42,650 nucleotides of DNA from Planctomycetota bacterium (GCA_036338595.1 JAYZBV010000027.1:1-42650), one strand, 5' to 3'. Shown: positions 29,792-39,356, numbered from the stretch's first letter. The notes: a model not told the origin generated them from the letters alone. Made by a program: numbers and translations.

Positions 29792-30763
29792 TCAGTCGAT
29801 GCCATGCCGGAATGGATCGTCCTGTGGAAAGTACAATGTACCCTCTCCACACAGTGATGATCGGCCTCGAATCGTCGGAATGATGCCTCCATCCACCACT
29901 CTGAAGGAACCGACGAAACTCGTTCCGAGTACCCCGACCTGGGTCCAACGATCGCCCTCATCCAGTTGACCCCGTTGATGCTGACACGCCATCGTGGCAC
30001 TGGTGCCAGTGCCGCAGGGGGAGCGATCCCACTGCTTGCCGGGACACAGGACAAAGGAACGTGTCCCGGCGGCATCTGTACCCGGCAACGGCTGGTGCAG
30101 GTCGATGTGATCGATCTCCTCGCCATCAGGACCTGTCACTCCCTGCTCACGCAGCGCATCACGAATCCGACAGGCATAAGCAGTCAGCGCATCCACGTTC
30201 GAGTACTCGACGGCCAGCCCTGTACGATGTGGCCCTCTTCCCCAATAACGAGACTTCGTGATGAAGAACCAGTTTCCTCCCCAGGCGATATCACCGATCA
30301 CCTCGTCGCCGCCGTCCAGCGTGACGGAGCAATCGGACGAATAAAGAAAACTACGGACATTCTCGGCAGAGATCTCTCCATCGTCGTGAAGTTGCATCTC
30401 GACGACGCCTGCAACCGTTTCCAGTTTACATTTCCCGACATCGACACGGCCATCGTGTCTGAGCGCCTCGACCACTCCCATCGCCCCATGGCCACACATA
30501 CCTAGCACTCCTACATTGTTGAAGAAGATCACTGCGGCTTCGCAATCGGCCAGAGAACTCTCAAGGAGTAGTGCTCCCACCATCGCTTCGTGCCCACGAG
30601 GCTCGCGAACGATCCCCGCTCTCAGTGAGTCATGGTCTGCCAGCATCGAGGAGCACCGCTGGGAGATTGAGCCGCTCCCGAGATCCGGAAAGCCTCCGGT
30701 GATGACTCGAGTCGGCTCTCCTGCGGTATGCGTGTCGATGTAGTGAATGGGTGAGAGGGACAT
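29792..30763 (-). CDS. Proline racemase family, probable 4-hydroxyproline 2-epimerase (LhpA-like)
   Basis: HTAGEPTR, EPRG, catalytic Cys pair in MCGH and DRSPCGTGTSA, plus the FVLCPG motif typical of hydroxyproline epimerases. Confidence 0.9.
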   Translation of the reverse strand: MSLSPIHYIDTHTAGEPTRVITGGFPDLGSGSISQRCSSMLADHDSLRAGIVREPRGHEAMVGALLLESSLADCEAAVIFFNNVGVLGMCGHGAMGVVEALRHDGRVDVGKCKLETVAGVVEMQLHDDGEISAENVRSFLYSSDCSVTLDGGDEVIGDIAWGGNWFFITKSRYWGRGPHRTGLAVEYSNVDALTAYACRIRDALREQGVTGPDGEEIDHIDLHQPLPGTDAAGTRSFVLCPGKQWDRSPCGTGTSATMACQHQRGQLDEGDRWTQVGVLGTSFVGSFRVVDGGIIPTIRGRSSLCGEGTLYFPQDDPFRHGID

Positions 30764-30765
30764 TG

Positions 30766-31455
30766 TCAGAGGACCCGCGCCACCAGAAGGCCCTGACGCA
30801 TCGGAAGGATGGTCCCCTGCAAGCGTGGATGTTCAGAGACCCTTCGATTGAACTGATCGATGGCAACTCGACTCGGCTCATCATCGATGGCATCTGGAAT
30901 CCAACCATCCCCTGCTCCCAGAACATTGTCCGCAACGATCAATCCACCGCTTCGCATCAGTGGCAGACCCGCATCGAGATATCCGGGATACTCCGTCTTG
31001 ATGGCATCGAGAAAGAGCAGATCGCAACTTCCCGGGCCCAATTCCTCGACAAGTTCTGGAAGCAGTGTCAGCCCCTCTCCCTGTCGAACGTCGATGCGAG
31101 TCTCACCCGCTCTCTGGATGGCGGCGCGCGCAAACTCCACATGGTCTGGATTTGCCTCTATCGTGATGAGCTTTCCATCGGCGGCCAATCCCCCTGCCAT
31201 GGCAAGGGCGCTCGCTCCACCGAGGGTTCCCACTTCCACGACCAGTTTCGAACCACCGTCTCGAGAGAGAGCGGTGAGCAGTGTGAGCCAGCGACCGACA
31301 GTTGCTCCGACAGAGATGGCGGGCAGCCCAGCATCGAGAGACGCTTCATGTTCACGGCTCCAGCGGTCGGCATCATCGCTGAAGAGATGGTCGATGTAGG
31401 TGTGAGTTCTATCCCAGCGCTCCTGGGACATCCCTCCATCGATCGGATCGGCCAT
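30766..31455 (-). CDS. Class I SAM-dependent O-methyltransferase (COMT/CCoAOMT-like)
   Basis: VEVGTLGG SAM motif, FLDAIK, IVADNV. Confidence 0.9.
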   Translation of the reverse strand: MADPIDGGMSQERWDRTHTYIDHLFSDDADRWSREHEASLDAGLPAISVGATVGRWLTLLTALSRDGGSKLVVEVGTLGGASALAMAGGLAADGKLITIEANPDHVEFARAAIQRAGETRIDVRQGEGLTLLPELVEELGPGSCDLLFLDAIKTEYPGYLDAGLPLMRSGGLIVADNVLGAGDGWIPDAIDDEPSRVAIDQFNRRVSEHPRLQGTILPMRQGLLVARVL

Positions 31456-31472
31456 CTCTTCTCCTCTCGATG

Positions 31473-32690
31473 TCAGATGCCCCGCTTCGCCTGCAGATTT
31501 TCGTCAAGTTTCGCCAGAAACTGCTCTGTCGTGAGGAAGGGAGTCTTGTCACCAACGAGGATCGCCAGATCCTTGGTCATGTCGCCCGCTTCCACCGTCT
31601 CGATGCAAACCGCTTCCACATCGGCTGCAAACTGACCCAGTGGCTCGTTGCCATCGAGCAGTGCTCGATGGGCAAACCCGCGCGTCCAGGCAAAGATACT
31701 GGCGATGGGATTGGTCGATGTGGGATTCCCCTTCTGATGCTCTCGGTAGTGGCGAGTGACGGTGCCGTGAGCGGCTTCTGCCTCGACCGTCTTTCCATCG
31801 GGAGTCATCAGAACACTCGTCATCAGCCCCAGAGAGCCGAAACCCTGCGCGACCGTGTCCGATTGCACATCCCCATCGTAGTTCTTGCACGCCCACACGA
31901 ATCCACCGCTCCACTTCATGGCACAGGCGACCATGTCGTCGATCAACCGGTGCTCGTAGGTGATTCCTGCATCTTCAAACGCAGGGCCGAACTCACCATC
32001 GAACACCTCCTGGAACAGATCCTTGAAGCGCCCGTCATAGGCCTTGAGGATGGTGTTCTTGGTCGATAGGTAGACTGGCCACTTTCTCTGCAGCCCGTAG
32101 TTCATACAGGCACGAGCAAATCCACGGATCGATTCATCGAGGTTGTACATACCCATGGCGATGCCAGGTTCCTCGAACTGCATCACATCAAAGGTCTGAA
32201 CATCTCCACCCTCAGTGGGCGTGAATGTCATCGTCAAACTTCCAGCACCAGGAACCAGAAAGTCGGTAGCTCTGTACTGGTCGCCATGAGCATGGCGGCC
32301 AATCACGATCGAGTCGGTCCAGCCGGGCACGAGGCGAGGAACATTCTTGCAGATGATGGGTTCACGGAAGACGGTCCCGCCGATGATGTTGCGAATCGTT
32401 CCATTCGGAGAACGCCACATCTTCTTGAGACCAAACTCCTCCACACGCTGCTCGTCCGGTGTGATGGTGGCACACTTGACTCCAACCCCATGTTCTAGGA
32501 TTGCATTAGCTGCGTCGATGGTGATCTGATCATCGGTGGCATCACGGCTCTCAACACCGAGATCGTAGTATTTCAGATCCACATCCACATAGGGAAGAAT
32601 CAGGCGGTCCTTGATGAACTGCCAGATGATTCGGGTCATCTCATCGCCATCGAGTTCGACGACTGGATTCTCCACCTTGATCTTGTCCAC
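31473..32690 (-). CDS. icd: NADP-dependent isocitrate dehydrogenase (eukaryote-like type)
   Basis: [43 protein letters not shown] start with AGGAG SD. Confidence 0.97.
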   Translation of the reverse strand: MDKIKVENPVVELDGDEMTRIIWQFIKDRLILPYVDVDLKYYDLGVESRDATDDQITIDAANAILEHGVGVKCATITPDEQRVEEFGLKKMWRSPNGTIRNIIGGTVFREPIICKNVPRLVPGWTDSIVIGRHAHGDQYRATDFLVPGAGSLTMTFTPTEGGDVQTFDVMQFEEPGIAMGMYNLDESIRGFARACMNYGLQRKWPVYLSTKNTILKAYDGRFKDLFQEVFDGEFGPAFEDAGITYEHRLIDDMVACAMKWSGGFVWACKNYDGDVQSDTVAQGFGSLGLMTSVLMTPDGKTVEAEAAHGTVTRHYREHQKGNPTSTNPIASIFAWTRGFAHRALLDGNEPLGQFAADVEAVCIETVEAGDMTKDLAILVGDKTPFLTTEQFLAKLDENLQAKRGI

Positions 32691-32752
32691 GGTTCACTCC
32701 TGACGTCCGGGATGCTCCCGAGAGTTCTGACTGGAATAGTCCTGACCCTGTG

Positions 32753-32781
32753 ATTCTAGGATCTGACCTTGGCGGTGGGAA
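32753..32781 (-). promoter_or_regulatory. Putative sigma70 promoter of the icd gene run
   Basis: TTCCCA (32781-32776), 17-nt spacer, TAGAAT (32758-32753). Confidence 0.45.
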
Positions 32782-32799
32782 GCGGACCCGATCGGGAAG

Positions 32800-33615
32800 C
32801 TACCTCTGGCAACCAGGGCAGAAGTAGATCGATCGGTTCCCCTTCACCGCCCTCCGGATCTGTCCTTCACAGCGGCTACAGGGCTCACCCTCGCGTCCAT
32901 AGACCTCGAATGTGTGCTGGAAGTAGCCCGGTTCCCCGTCTGGATCGACAAAATCCCTCAAGGTAGTTCCCCCCTGAACGATCGCTCGGGTCAGCACATC
33001 CTGGATCGCCGACGCCAATCGCAGGTATCGCTCCCTGGCGATGCGGCCACAGGATCGATCAGGGCGGATTCCCGCAAGCCAGGCCGCCTCATTGGCATAG
33101 ATATTTCCAACACCCGCAATCACTCGAGTATCTAGCAGGAAATCTCTCAATCGGACTCGTCGCCCACGCGAACTATCGTAAAGAAGTTCACCCAGGTGAT
33201 CTTGCTCCAGTGGCTCAGGACCCAGATGGCGAAGTAACTCATGCTCTGTCGGCGGATCCCCCGCCCAGGTCACGATTCCAAAGCGCCGCGGATCGTGGTA
33301 TCGCAGCTGCCTGCCGTCGTCCAGATACCAGATGACATGATCATGAGTCCTGAGTTCTTCCTGGTTCTCGACGATCCTCAGGCTCCCCGACATTCCGAGG
33401 TGAATGATCAGCACTCCCGCCGTGGTCTCCAGCAGCAGGTACTTGGCTCGCCTGTGAGTCTCATCGAATCTGGCACCTCGTAATTTCTCATCGAGATCGC
33501 CAGGCACGGGCAGCCGCAACTTCGAGTTACGGACCACAACTTCCTCGATGCAGCAGCCTCGGATCCGGTCCGAGATACCACGGCGGGTGGTCTCTACCTC
33601 TGGCAGCTCCGGCAC
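32800..33615 (-). CDS. mutM: Formamidopyrimidine-DNA glycosylase (Fpg)
   Basis: PELPEVE N-terminus (start GTG 33615), HLGMSG, GVGNIYANE, C-terminal CSRC...CPGCQ zinc finger. Confidence 0.97.
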   Translation of the reverse strand: MPELPEVETTRRGISDRIRGCCIEEVVVRNSKLRLPVPGDLDEKLRGARFDETHRRAKYLLLETTAGVLIIHLGMSGSLRIVENQEELRTHDHVIWYLDDGRQLRYHDPRRFGIVTWAGDPPTEHELLRHLGPEPLEQDHLGELLYDSSRGRRVRLRDFLLDTRVIAGVGNIYANEAAWLAGIRPDRSCGRIARERYLRLASAIQDVLTRAIVQGGTTLRDFVDPDGEPGYFQHTFEVYGREGEPCSRCEGQIRRAVKGNRSIYFCPGCQR

Positions 33616-33842
33616 CGAAATTGCCCCTTTCTGCCCCCGTGACACGGCTGGATGGAAAAAAACCACTTTCCTCGTCGACCGGGCCCATTTGCCAGCATGA
33701 CCCCGATTGCTGCCGTTTCCAGGGCCCAGAATTGTTCCGATGGGCAAAAAGATGGCTTGAAAGAGCCCCCCCATGCCGGGTACCCGTAGATGGAGCACAC
33801 CCCGCTTCAGCGCCAGAAGCGTGGAGAAGGGCCGAAAACATC

Positions 33843-36500
33843 ATGCCAAAACGGCTCGTCATCGTCGAATCACCGACCAAGGCCAAGACCATCGAGAAAT
33901 ACCTCGGTGCCAGCGGTGATGACTATGTCGTGGAGGCCAGCGTTGGACACATCCGCGATCTCCCCCGCAAGGCCAGCCAGGTTCCCAAGGAACTCAAGGC
34001 GAACCAGGTCGTCACCGGAATCACCAAGGAGTTCGAGGCGATCTATGTGCTCGACGATGACAAACGGTCGACGATCAGCGAGATCCGAAAACAGCTGAAG
34101 GATGCAGATGAACTGTACCTGGCGACCGACGCCGACCGCGAGGGAGAAGCGATCTCCTGGCACCTTCTCCAGGTCTTGAAGCCGAAGAAATCGATGCCGG
34201 TCAAGCGCCTGCGTCTCGGCCAGATCACCAAGAGCGCCCTCGAAAAAGCGATTGCAGATCCCGAAGAACTGGACACTCTGCTGGTCGAGGCACAGGAGGC
34301 TAGGCGGCTTGTCGATCGCCTTTACGGATTCCCCGTCTCCAGTCTGCTGTGGCGAAAGGTGGCTCAGGGACTCTCAGCTGGGCGGGTGCAAACGGTAGCG
34401 ATCCGTCTACTGGTCGAGAGAGAAAAAATACGACTCGTATTCATCCCGGCTGTCTTCTGGGATCTGGATGCCGTCTTCCGCACCGGCGCCGGGGACACCT
34501 TCGAGTCCAAATTGCTCGATCTTGGCGGAAAGTCCGTGGCTCAGAGCAAGGACTTCGGAGATGACGGCCAGTTGAAGAAGGAGTCCTCGGACTGCAGGGT
34601 GCTCGATGCAGACGAAGCCCATGCACTGCGCGACCGCTTCTCCACATCCTCATTTTCCATCTCCTCCCTCGAGGAAAAGCCGTACTCGCGTAAACCCCCC
34701 GTCCCTTTCATCACCAGTGGCCTCCAGCAGGAAGCGAGTAATCGGCTCGGATTCGCGCCTTCTCGGACGATGCGTGCTGCCAATGCCCTGTTCCAGAAGG
34801 GTTTCGTCACCTATGTGCGAACAGATAATTACTTGCTCGCACCCGAGGCGATGAAGGCGATCGAAGATCTGATCAAAAAAAGATTCGGCGCAGATGAACA
34901 TGCTCCTCGCAACTTCGGCTCGCTCTCTGAAAAAGCCGGTGGAGAACATGAGCCGATCCGCCCGGCAGACTTTGTCGACCCTGAAGAGGTCGCAAAGAAA
35001 GTGGGCGAGGATGAGAGCCGACTGTACGAGTTGATCTGGAAACGTACCGTGGCAACCCAGATGAAACCGGCGACGGGACGAACGGTCATCGTCGAGGTGC
35101 TGGAAGACCATGCCGATGCGGCTCGCTATCAGGCTCGGGGTACCGTGATCGATAATCCTGGATTCTTGAGGGTGGACCCTGCAGGAACCAAGGAAATCAT
35201 CCTGCCCCCCGTCACTGCAGGTGATCCGGTCGAGGTGGATAGCCTGAATCCAGAAGAACACCGCACACAACCGATCGGGCGCTACACGGAAGCGGGCCTG
35301 ATCAAGGAGATGGAAAAGCTGGGTATTGGCCGACCCAGCACCTACGCGAACATCATCGAGAGGATCCACTCGGCAGCGTATTCATTCCGCAGGAACAAGG
35401 CGCTGGTCCCGACCTGGACCGCCTTTGCAGTGGTTCGACTGATGGAAGAGCACTTCCCCCATATCGTTGAGTACAGTTTCACCAAGCAGATGGAGGACGA
35501 CCTCGATCAGATCGCAAAGGGCAAGAAGAACGGCAAGCAGTACCTCAAGAACTTCTGGTCAGGTAACGGCGAAGAAGGACTGGAAGGACTCCTCGAGAAG
35601 GGTCTGGAGCAGATCGATCCGGCACAGATCTGTCGCTTTCCGATGCCCTTTGCAGATGGTGACCGATGGGAATTTCGCGATCAGGAAGTCATCCTTCGCG
35701 TGGGGCGCTATGGCCCCTATCTGGAGGCAGGCGAAATCCGCGGCAACATTCCAGAGGAACTCTGCCCGGACGAACTCGATGCAGCAAAGATGAAGGACAT
35801 CCTCGAAGCGGGAGCCCGGAAGGACGAACCGATCGGGCACTGCAGCGCCACCGGCAAACCACTCTTCATCAAGAGCGGGCGCTTTGGTCCCTATATCCAG
35901 CGAGGATCCTCCGAGTCCGAGGAGAAACCGGAGTTCGCTTCACTTCTCAAGGAGATGGCGCCCGAGACCGTCACTGCCGAGATCGCCATCCAATTGCTCC
36001 AGTTGAAGGAGGGGCGCCCTTGCGGCACCACCGTCGAGGGCGAAGAGATCCGGGTCTTCAACGGTCGCTACGGCCTTTACATCAAGGCGGGCACCGAGAC
36101 TCGTAGTCTGGAGGCTGGAGACAAACCGTTCACCGTCGACGAGGAGAGATGCCGCATCCTGCTTGCACAACCGAAGAAACGTGGCAGGGCGGCCGCCAGG
36201 CCACCCATCCAGACCTTCGAAAATGTCATCGAGCTCGAAGGTGCGACGATCCAGATCAAGGACGGTCGATTCGGGCCCTACGCCACCGATGGCGAGACCA
36301 ATGCAACGCTGGCCAGGGACATGGACCCGGAAAAGGTCTCCTCATCCGAGGCCGCCCAGCGCATCCTTGATAAGCGCTCGAGAGATGCAAAAAAGGGAAA
36401 GAAGAAGACCAAGAAAAAGGCTTCAAAAAAGAAGGCCAAGAAGAAGACCGCAAAAAAGAAGACTACAAAGAAAAAGACTACAAAGAAAAAGACAGAGTGA
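33843..36500 (+). CDS. topA: DNA topoisomerase I (type IA, Topo_C-repeat type, Lys-rich tail)
   Basis: LVIVESPTKAKTI, LATDADREGE, SAGRVQ, catalytic Tyr in VTYVRTD, GIGRPST, four GR(Y/F)G repeats. Start ATG 33843. Confidence 0.95.
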   Translation: MPKRLVIVESPTKAKTIEKYLGASGDDYVVEASVGHIRDLPRKASQVPKELKANQVVTGITKEFEAIYVLDDDKRSTISEIRKQLKDADELYLATDADREGEAISWHLLQVLKPKKSMPVKRLRLGQITKSALEKAIADPEELDTLLVEAQEARRLVDRLYGFPVSSLLWRKVAQGLSAGRVQTVAIRLLVEREKIRLVFIPAVFWDLDAVFRTGAGDTFESKLLDLGGKSVAQSKDFGDDGQLKKESSDCRVLDADEAHALRDRFSTSSFSISSLEEKPYSRKPPVPFITSGLQQEASNRLGFAPSRTMRAANALFQKGFVTYVRTDNYLLAPEAMKAIEDLIKKRFGADEHAPRNFGSLSEKAGGEHEPIRPADFVDPEEVAKKVGEDESRLYELIWKRTVATQMKPATGRTVIVEVLEDHADAARYQARGTVIDNPGFLRVDPAGTKEIILPPVTAGDPVEVDSLNPEEHRTQPIGRYTEAGLIKEMEKLGIGRPSTYANIIERIHSAAYSFRRNKALVPTWTAFAVVRLMEEHFPHIVEYSFTKQMEDDLDQIAKGKKNGKQYLKNFWSGNGEEGLEGLLEKGLEQIDPAQICRFPMPFADGDRWEFRDQEVILRVGRYGPYLEAGEIRGNIPEELCPDELDAAKMKDILEAGARKDEPIGHCSATGKPLFIKSGRFGPYIQRGSSESEEKPEFASLLKEMAPETVTAEIAIQLLQLKEGRPCGTTVEGEEIRVFNGRYGLYIKAGTETRSLEAGDKPFTVDEERCRILLAQPKKRGRAAARPPIQTFENVIELEGATIQIKDGRFGPYATDGETNATLARDMDPEKVSSSEAAQRILDKRSRDAKKGKKKTKKKASKKKAKKKTAKKKTTKKKTTKKKTE
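36459..36493 (+). repeat. 15-bp tandem repeat (AAGACTACAAAGAAA x2.3) in the topA Lys-rich tail
   Basis: Exact copies at 36459-36473 and 36474-36488 plus a partial third; encodes KKTTK units. Confidence 0.8.
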
Positions 36501-37516
36501 TGCCCCACCTCGCCAACAGAAAGTCACTGGCTCTCTGGATGCCATTACTGCTTCTGGCGGCCTGTGCCAGTGACCCCCTGACTCCCTCGAGATCCACGGC
36601 AATTCCCGATGAAGAATCTTCAGATGGATCTCGTCTCCTGCTCGAGATGCAATGGAATGAAGAGAGAAACCAGCTCGAAATTCGATCGGACTGCCACTCC
36701 ATCACTACGCTGCGTCTGGATCGTTCCAGGCCCTGTCTCTTTCCGCTCTATTCGCCTGCAGGCCAGATGGTGCTCAGAAGGCACCCCATCGAGGAAGCCG
36801 TCGATGGAGAACAACCTGACCATTCACACCACGCAGGATGCTGGATCGCGCACGGCTCCGTCGGTGGGCATGACTTCTGGCACGGGAACGAGACGCGGCA
36901 ATCCCCCAGGGATTGGGGTGCCTTTCTTCTCGACGAGGGCGAGATCCTGATCGTTTCGGGAAAACTGGACTGGATCGCTGGGGACGAAATCATCATCGAG
37001 GAAACTCGCACCTATGACTTTCGCAGCGAACCGGGTCTCCACCGCACCGAGATCTGGAGCCTGTGGAAAGCTCCAGGAGATGAGGGTGTCAGAATAGGGG
37101 ATACCAAGGAAGGTACCTTCGCCCTGCGGCTCGCTTCGACCCTGCGGATCGACGGACCCGTCGCAGCCGGGAGCAGTTTCAATGCGGATGCGCAAAGCGA
37201 TGGCAATATCTGGGGGAAGCGCTCTCGATGGGTCGCATACAGCGGCCCGGTCGATGGCCAATCGGTGACCGTTGTCATGCTGGATCATCCAGACAATCCC
37301 AGACACCCGACGTGGTGGCACGCACGCACCTATGGCCTCTTCGCTGCCAATCCATTCGGACAGCACGATTTCGAGCGGGGGACCCCGGCCGGCTCCGGTG
37401 ATCTGGTGATCGGTTCAGGAGAAGACCTCTTTTTCCGCCACCAGTTACTCGTCTTCGATGGCGAGGTCTCTGCAGATCGAATCGATCAGGAGTGGGACAA
37501 CTTTGCCAACCGATGA
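36497..37516 (+). CDS. PmoA-like (DUF6807/PF14100-type) lipoprotein; not a methane monooxygenase
   Basis: Lipobox LAAC; PDHSHHAGCWIAHG, DFW, DHPDNPRHPTWWHARTYGLFAANPFG; overlaps the topA stop. Confidence 0.78.
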   Translation: MMPHLANRKSLALWMPLLLLAACASDPLTPSRSTAIPDEESSDGSRLLLEMQWNEERNQLEIRSDCHSITTLRLDRSRPCLFPLYSPAGQMVLRRHPIEEAVDGEQPDHSHHAGCWIAHGSVGGHDFWHGNETRQSPRDWGAFLLDEGEILIVSGKLDWIAGDEIIIEETRTYDFRSEPGLHRTEIWSLWKAPGDEGVRIGDTKEGTFALRLASTLRIDGPVAAGSSFNADAQSDGNIWGKRSRWVAYSGPVDGQSVTVVMLDHPDNPRHPTWWHARTYGLFAANPFGQHDFERGTPAGSGDLVIGSGEDLFFRHQLLVFDGEVSADRIDQEWDNFANR

Positions 37517-37522
37517 TCACGA

Positions 37523-37552
37523 TTGACAGTGCTCAATATCGACATCTATCAT
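37523..37552 (+). promoter_or_regulatory. Sigma70 promoter, probably for a leaderless mRNA
   Basis: TTGACA (37523-37528), 18-nt spacer, TATCAT (37547-37552). ATG at 37560 is 7 nt further and has no SD. Confidence 0.6.
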
Positions 37553-37559
37553 GCTTCCC

Positions 37560-39356
37560 ATGAAGATTTTCAACTTCCAGATTCTCGCCCTGCTTGTTTC
37601 TCTCCTGGTTCCATCGCCGCTTCTGGCATCTTCCATCGCTTCTTCTGTTGAGGTCGATCTCACCGGGATCTGGCGAGGAGTCATCGATCCCGACGGCAGT
37701 GGTATCGAGCTGGTATTTCATATCGAGTCGAATGGCGAAAACGGCTGGCGCGGGACCGTCGACACACCGACACAGAACTCATATGGACTTCCTCTGAGTG
37801 GGGTCACCGCGACTGCTGATGGCTCAGTAACCATCGAGGTCGCAGCAACCGGTGGAATCTACAAGGCGACACTGGAAGCGGACAATAAAGAACTGCGCGG
37901 CAACTGGAAACAACGCGGTGCTGAGTTGACCCTCGACTGCCAGAGGGAGCCACTGCCTCAGGCTGTACCAGAAGCGGTGGTCACTGCACTGCCCGGAATC
38001 TGGGAGGGCGTGCTGCCGGTAGGATCCATCCAGCTCAGGATCATCCTGAAAATCGAAGCCACGGAAGACAACACACTCTCAGGAGTCATGGTCAGCCCCG
38101 ACCAGTCGCCAGCAGAGATTGCCATCACCCGCATCGACCGCCTCGATGATCGCCAGGTTCGAGTCTGTCTCGGTGAGGTCTTCGTCAGGATGGAACTGGC
38201 TCTCTCGGGAGCCGGAGATCAACTCGACGGCACCTTTCACCAGGGACGCGGCAAGTTCGACATCACGTTTTCAAAGCAGGACCAGGTCACCGAGGTCCTG
38301 CGCCCCCAGGAGCCACAACCGCCCTTCCCCTACCGGTCAGAAGAGGTCTCGTACCCGAATGAAGCTGCTGGAATAAAATTCGCCGGAACCTTGACGATTC
38401 CAGAGGGAGAAGGCCCCTTTCCGTCGGTGCTGTTGATCACCGGATCTGGTGGTCAGGACCGCGATGAATCCATATTTCAGCACCGTCCATTTTTCGTCAT
38501 CGCAGATCACCTGACTCGACGGGGAGTTGCCGTACTGAGGGTGGATGACAGGGGCGTCGGAGAGACCACAAGAGGACCAGGCACCGAGCCCGAGAAGGAA
38601 ACTACCGCAGATTATGTCGGCGATGCGCTGTGCGGGATCAAGTTTCTCAAGAGTCGACCCGAGGTCGACAACAAGCGGATCGGACTGATTGGACACAGTG
38701 AAGGTGGCGTGATCGCACCTCTGGCGGCGGTCGAGAGTGATGATGTGGCATTCATCATCATGATGGCAGGGACCGGCATTCGCGGAGACCAGCTGCTGCT
38801 CAAACAAAATGAACTGATCTCTCTGGCGAGCGGTATCGACAAGGATGAAATCGCCCGTGGCCTGGATCTCTCCAGGCAACTGTTCGGCTTGCTGCTGGAA
38901 GACGACCTGGATGCAGAAGCAACTCGTTCCAGGATAGAGGCCATCGTACGTGCTTCACCCGATCTGCCTGAAGGGGAAGAGGGCGATGCGGAGGTGGCCA
39001 GGGTGATCGGCGAGCTGGAGATTCCGTGGATCCACTGGTTTGTCCGTTACGATCCAGCGCCCACCATTGAAAAGGTCACCTGTCCGGTGCTGGCCGTCAA
39101 CGGCAGCCTCGACCTCCAGGTCCCCTGCAAGGAAAACCTCAAGTCAATCGGTGCAGCACTCGAACGAGGCAAGAATCCGGACTTCGAACTGGTCGAGTTT
39201 GCCGGGCTGAACCACCTCTTCCAGCATTGCACCACCGGTTCGCCATCCGAGTATGGAGAGATCGAGGAAACCTTTTCCATCGAGGTGATGGAGAAGATGA
39301 CGAAGTGGATCCTGCATCGATTTGGCAATCACAAGGAGCGTAAATTATCCGATTGA
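37560..39356 (+). CDS. Secreted alpha/beta-fold serine hydrolase with two duplicated N-terminal domains
   Basis: Signal peptide, ITGSGGQDRDE, DDRGVG, nucleophile GHSEGG, DLQV, LNHLFQ. Start ATG 37560; the ORF track has 37551. Confidence 0.85.
   Translation: MKIFNFQILALLVSLLVPSPLLASSIASSVEVDLTGIWRGVIDPDGSGIELVFHIESNGENGWRGTVDTPTQNSYGLPLSGVTATADGSVTIEVAATGGIYKATLEADNKELRGNWKQRGAELTLDCQREPLPQAVPEAVVTALPGIWEGVLPVGSIQLRIILKIEATEDNTLSGVMVSPDQSPAEIAITRIDRLDDRQVRVCLGEVFVRMELALSGAGDQLDGTFHQGRGKFDITFSKQDQVTEVLRPQEPQPPFPYRSEEVSYPNEAAGIKFAGTLTIPEGEGPFPSVLLITGSGGQDRDESIFQHRPFFVIADHLTRRGVAVLRVDDRGVGETTRGPGTEPEKETTADYVGDALCGIKFLKSRPEVDNKRIGLIGHSEGGVIAPLAAVESDDVAFIIMMAGTGIRGDQLLLKQNELISLASGIDKDEIARGLDLSRQLFGLLLEDDLDAEATRSRIEAIVRASPDLPEGEEGDAEVARVIGELEIPWIHWFVRYDPAPTIEKVTCPVLAVNGSLDLQVPCKENLKSIGAALERGKNPDFELVEFAGLNHLFQHCTTGSPSEYGEIEETFSIEVMEKMTKWILHRFGNHKERKLSD

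Noticed and set aside
33616..33842. ncRNA or small ORF in the mutM-topA spacer
   Set aside because: Only a short hairpin (cgcttc/gaagcg, ~33803-33821); consistent with a divergent promoter region. The ORF-track extensions of mutM and topA here are spurious.
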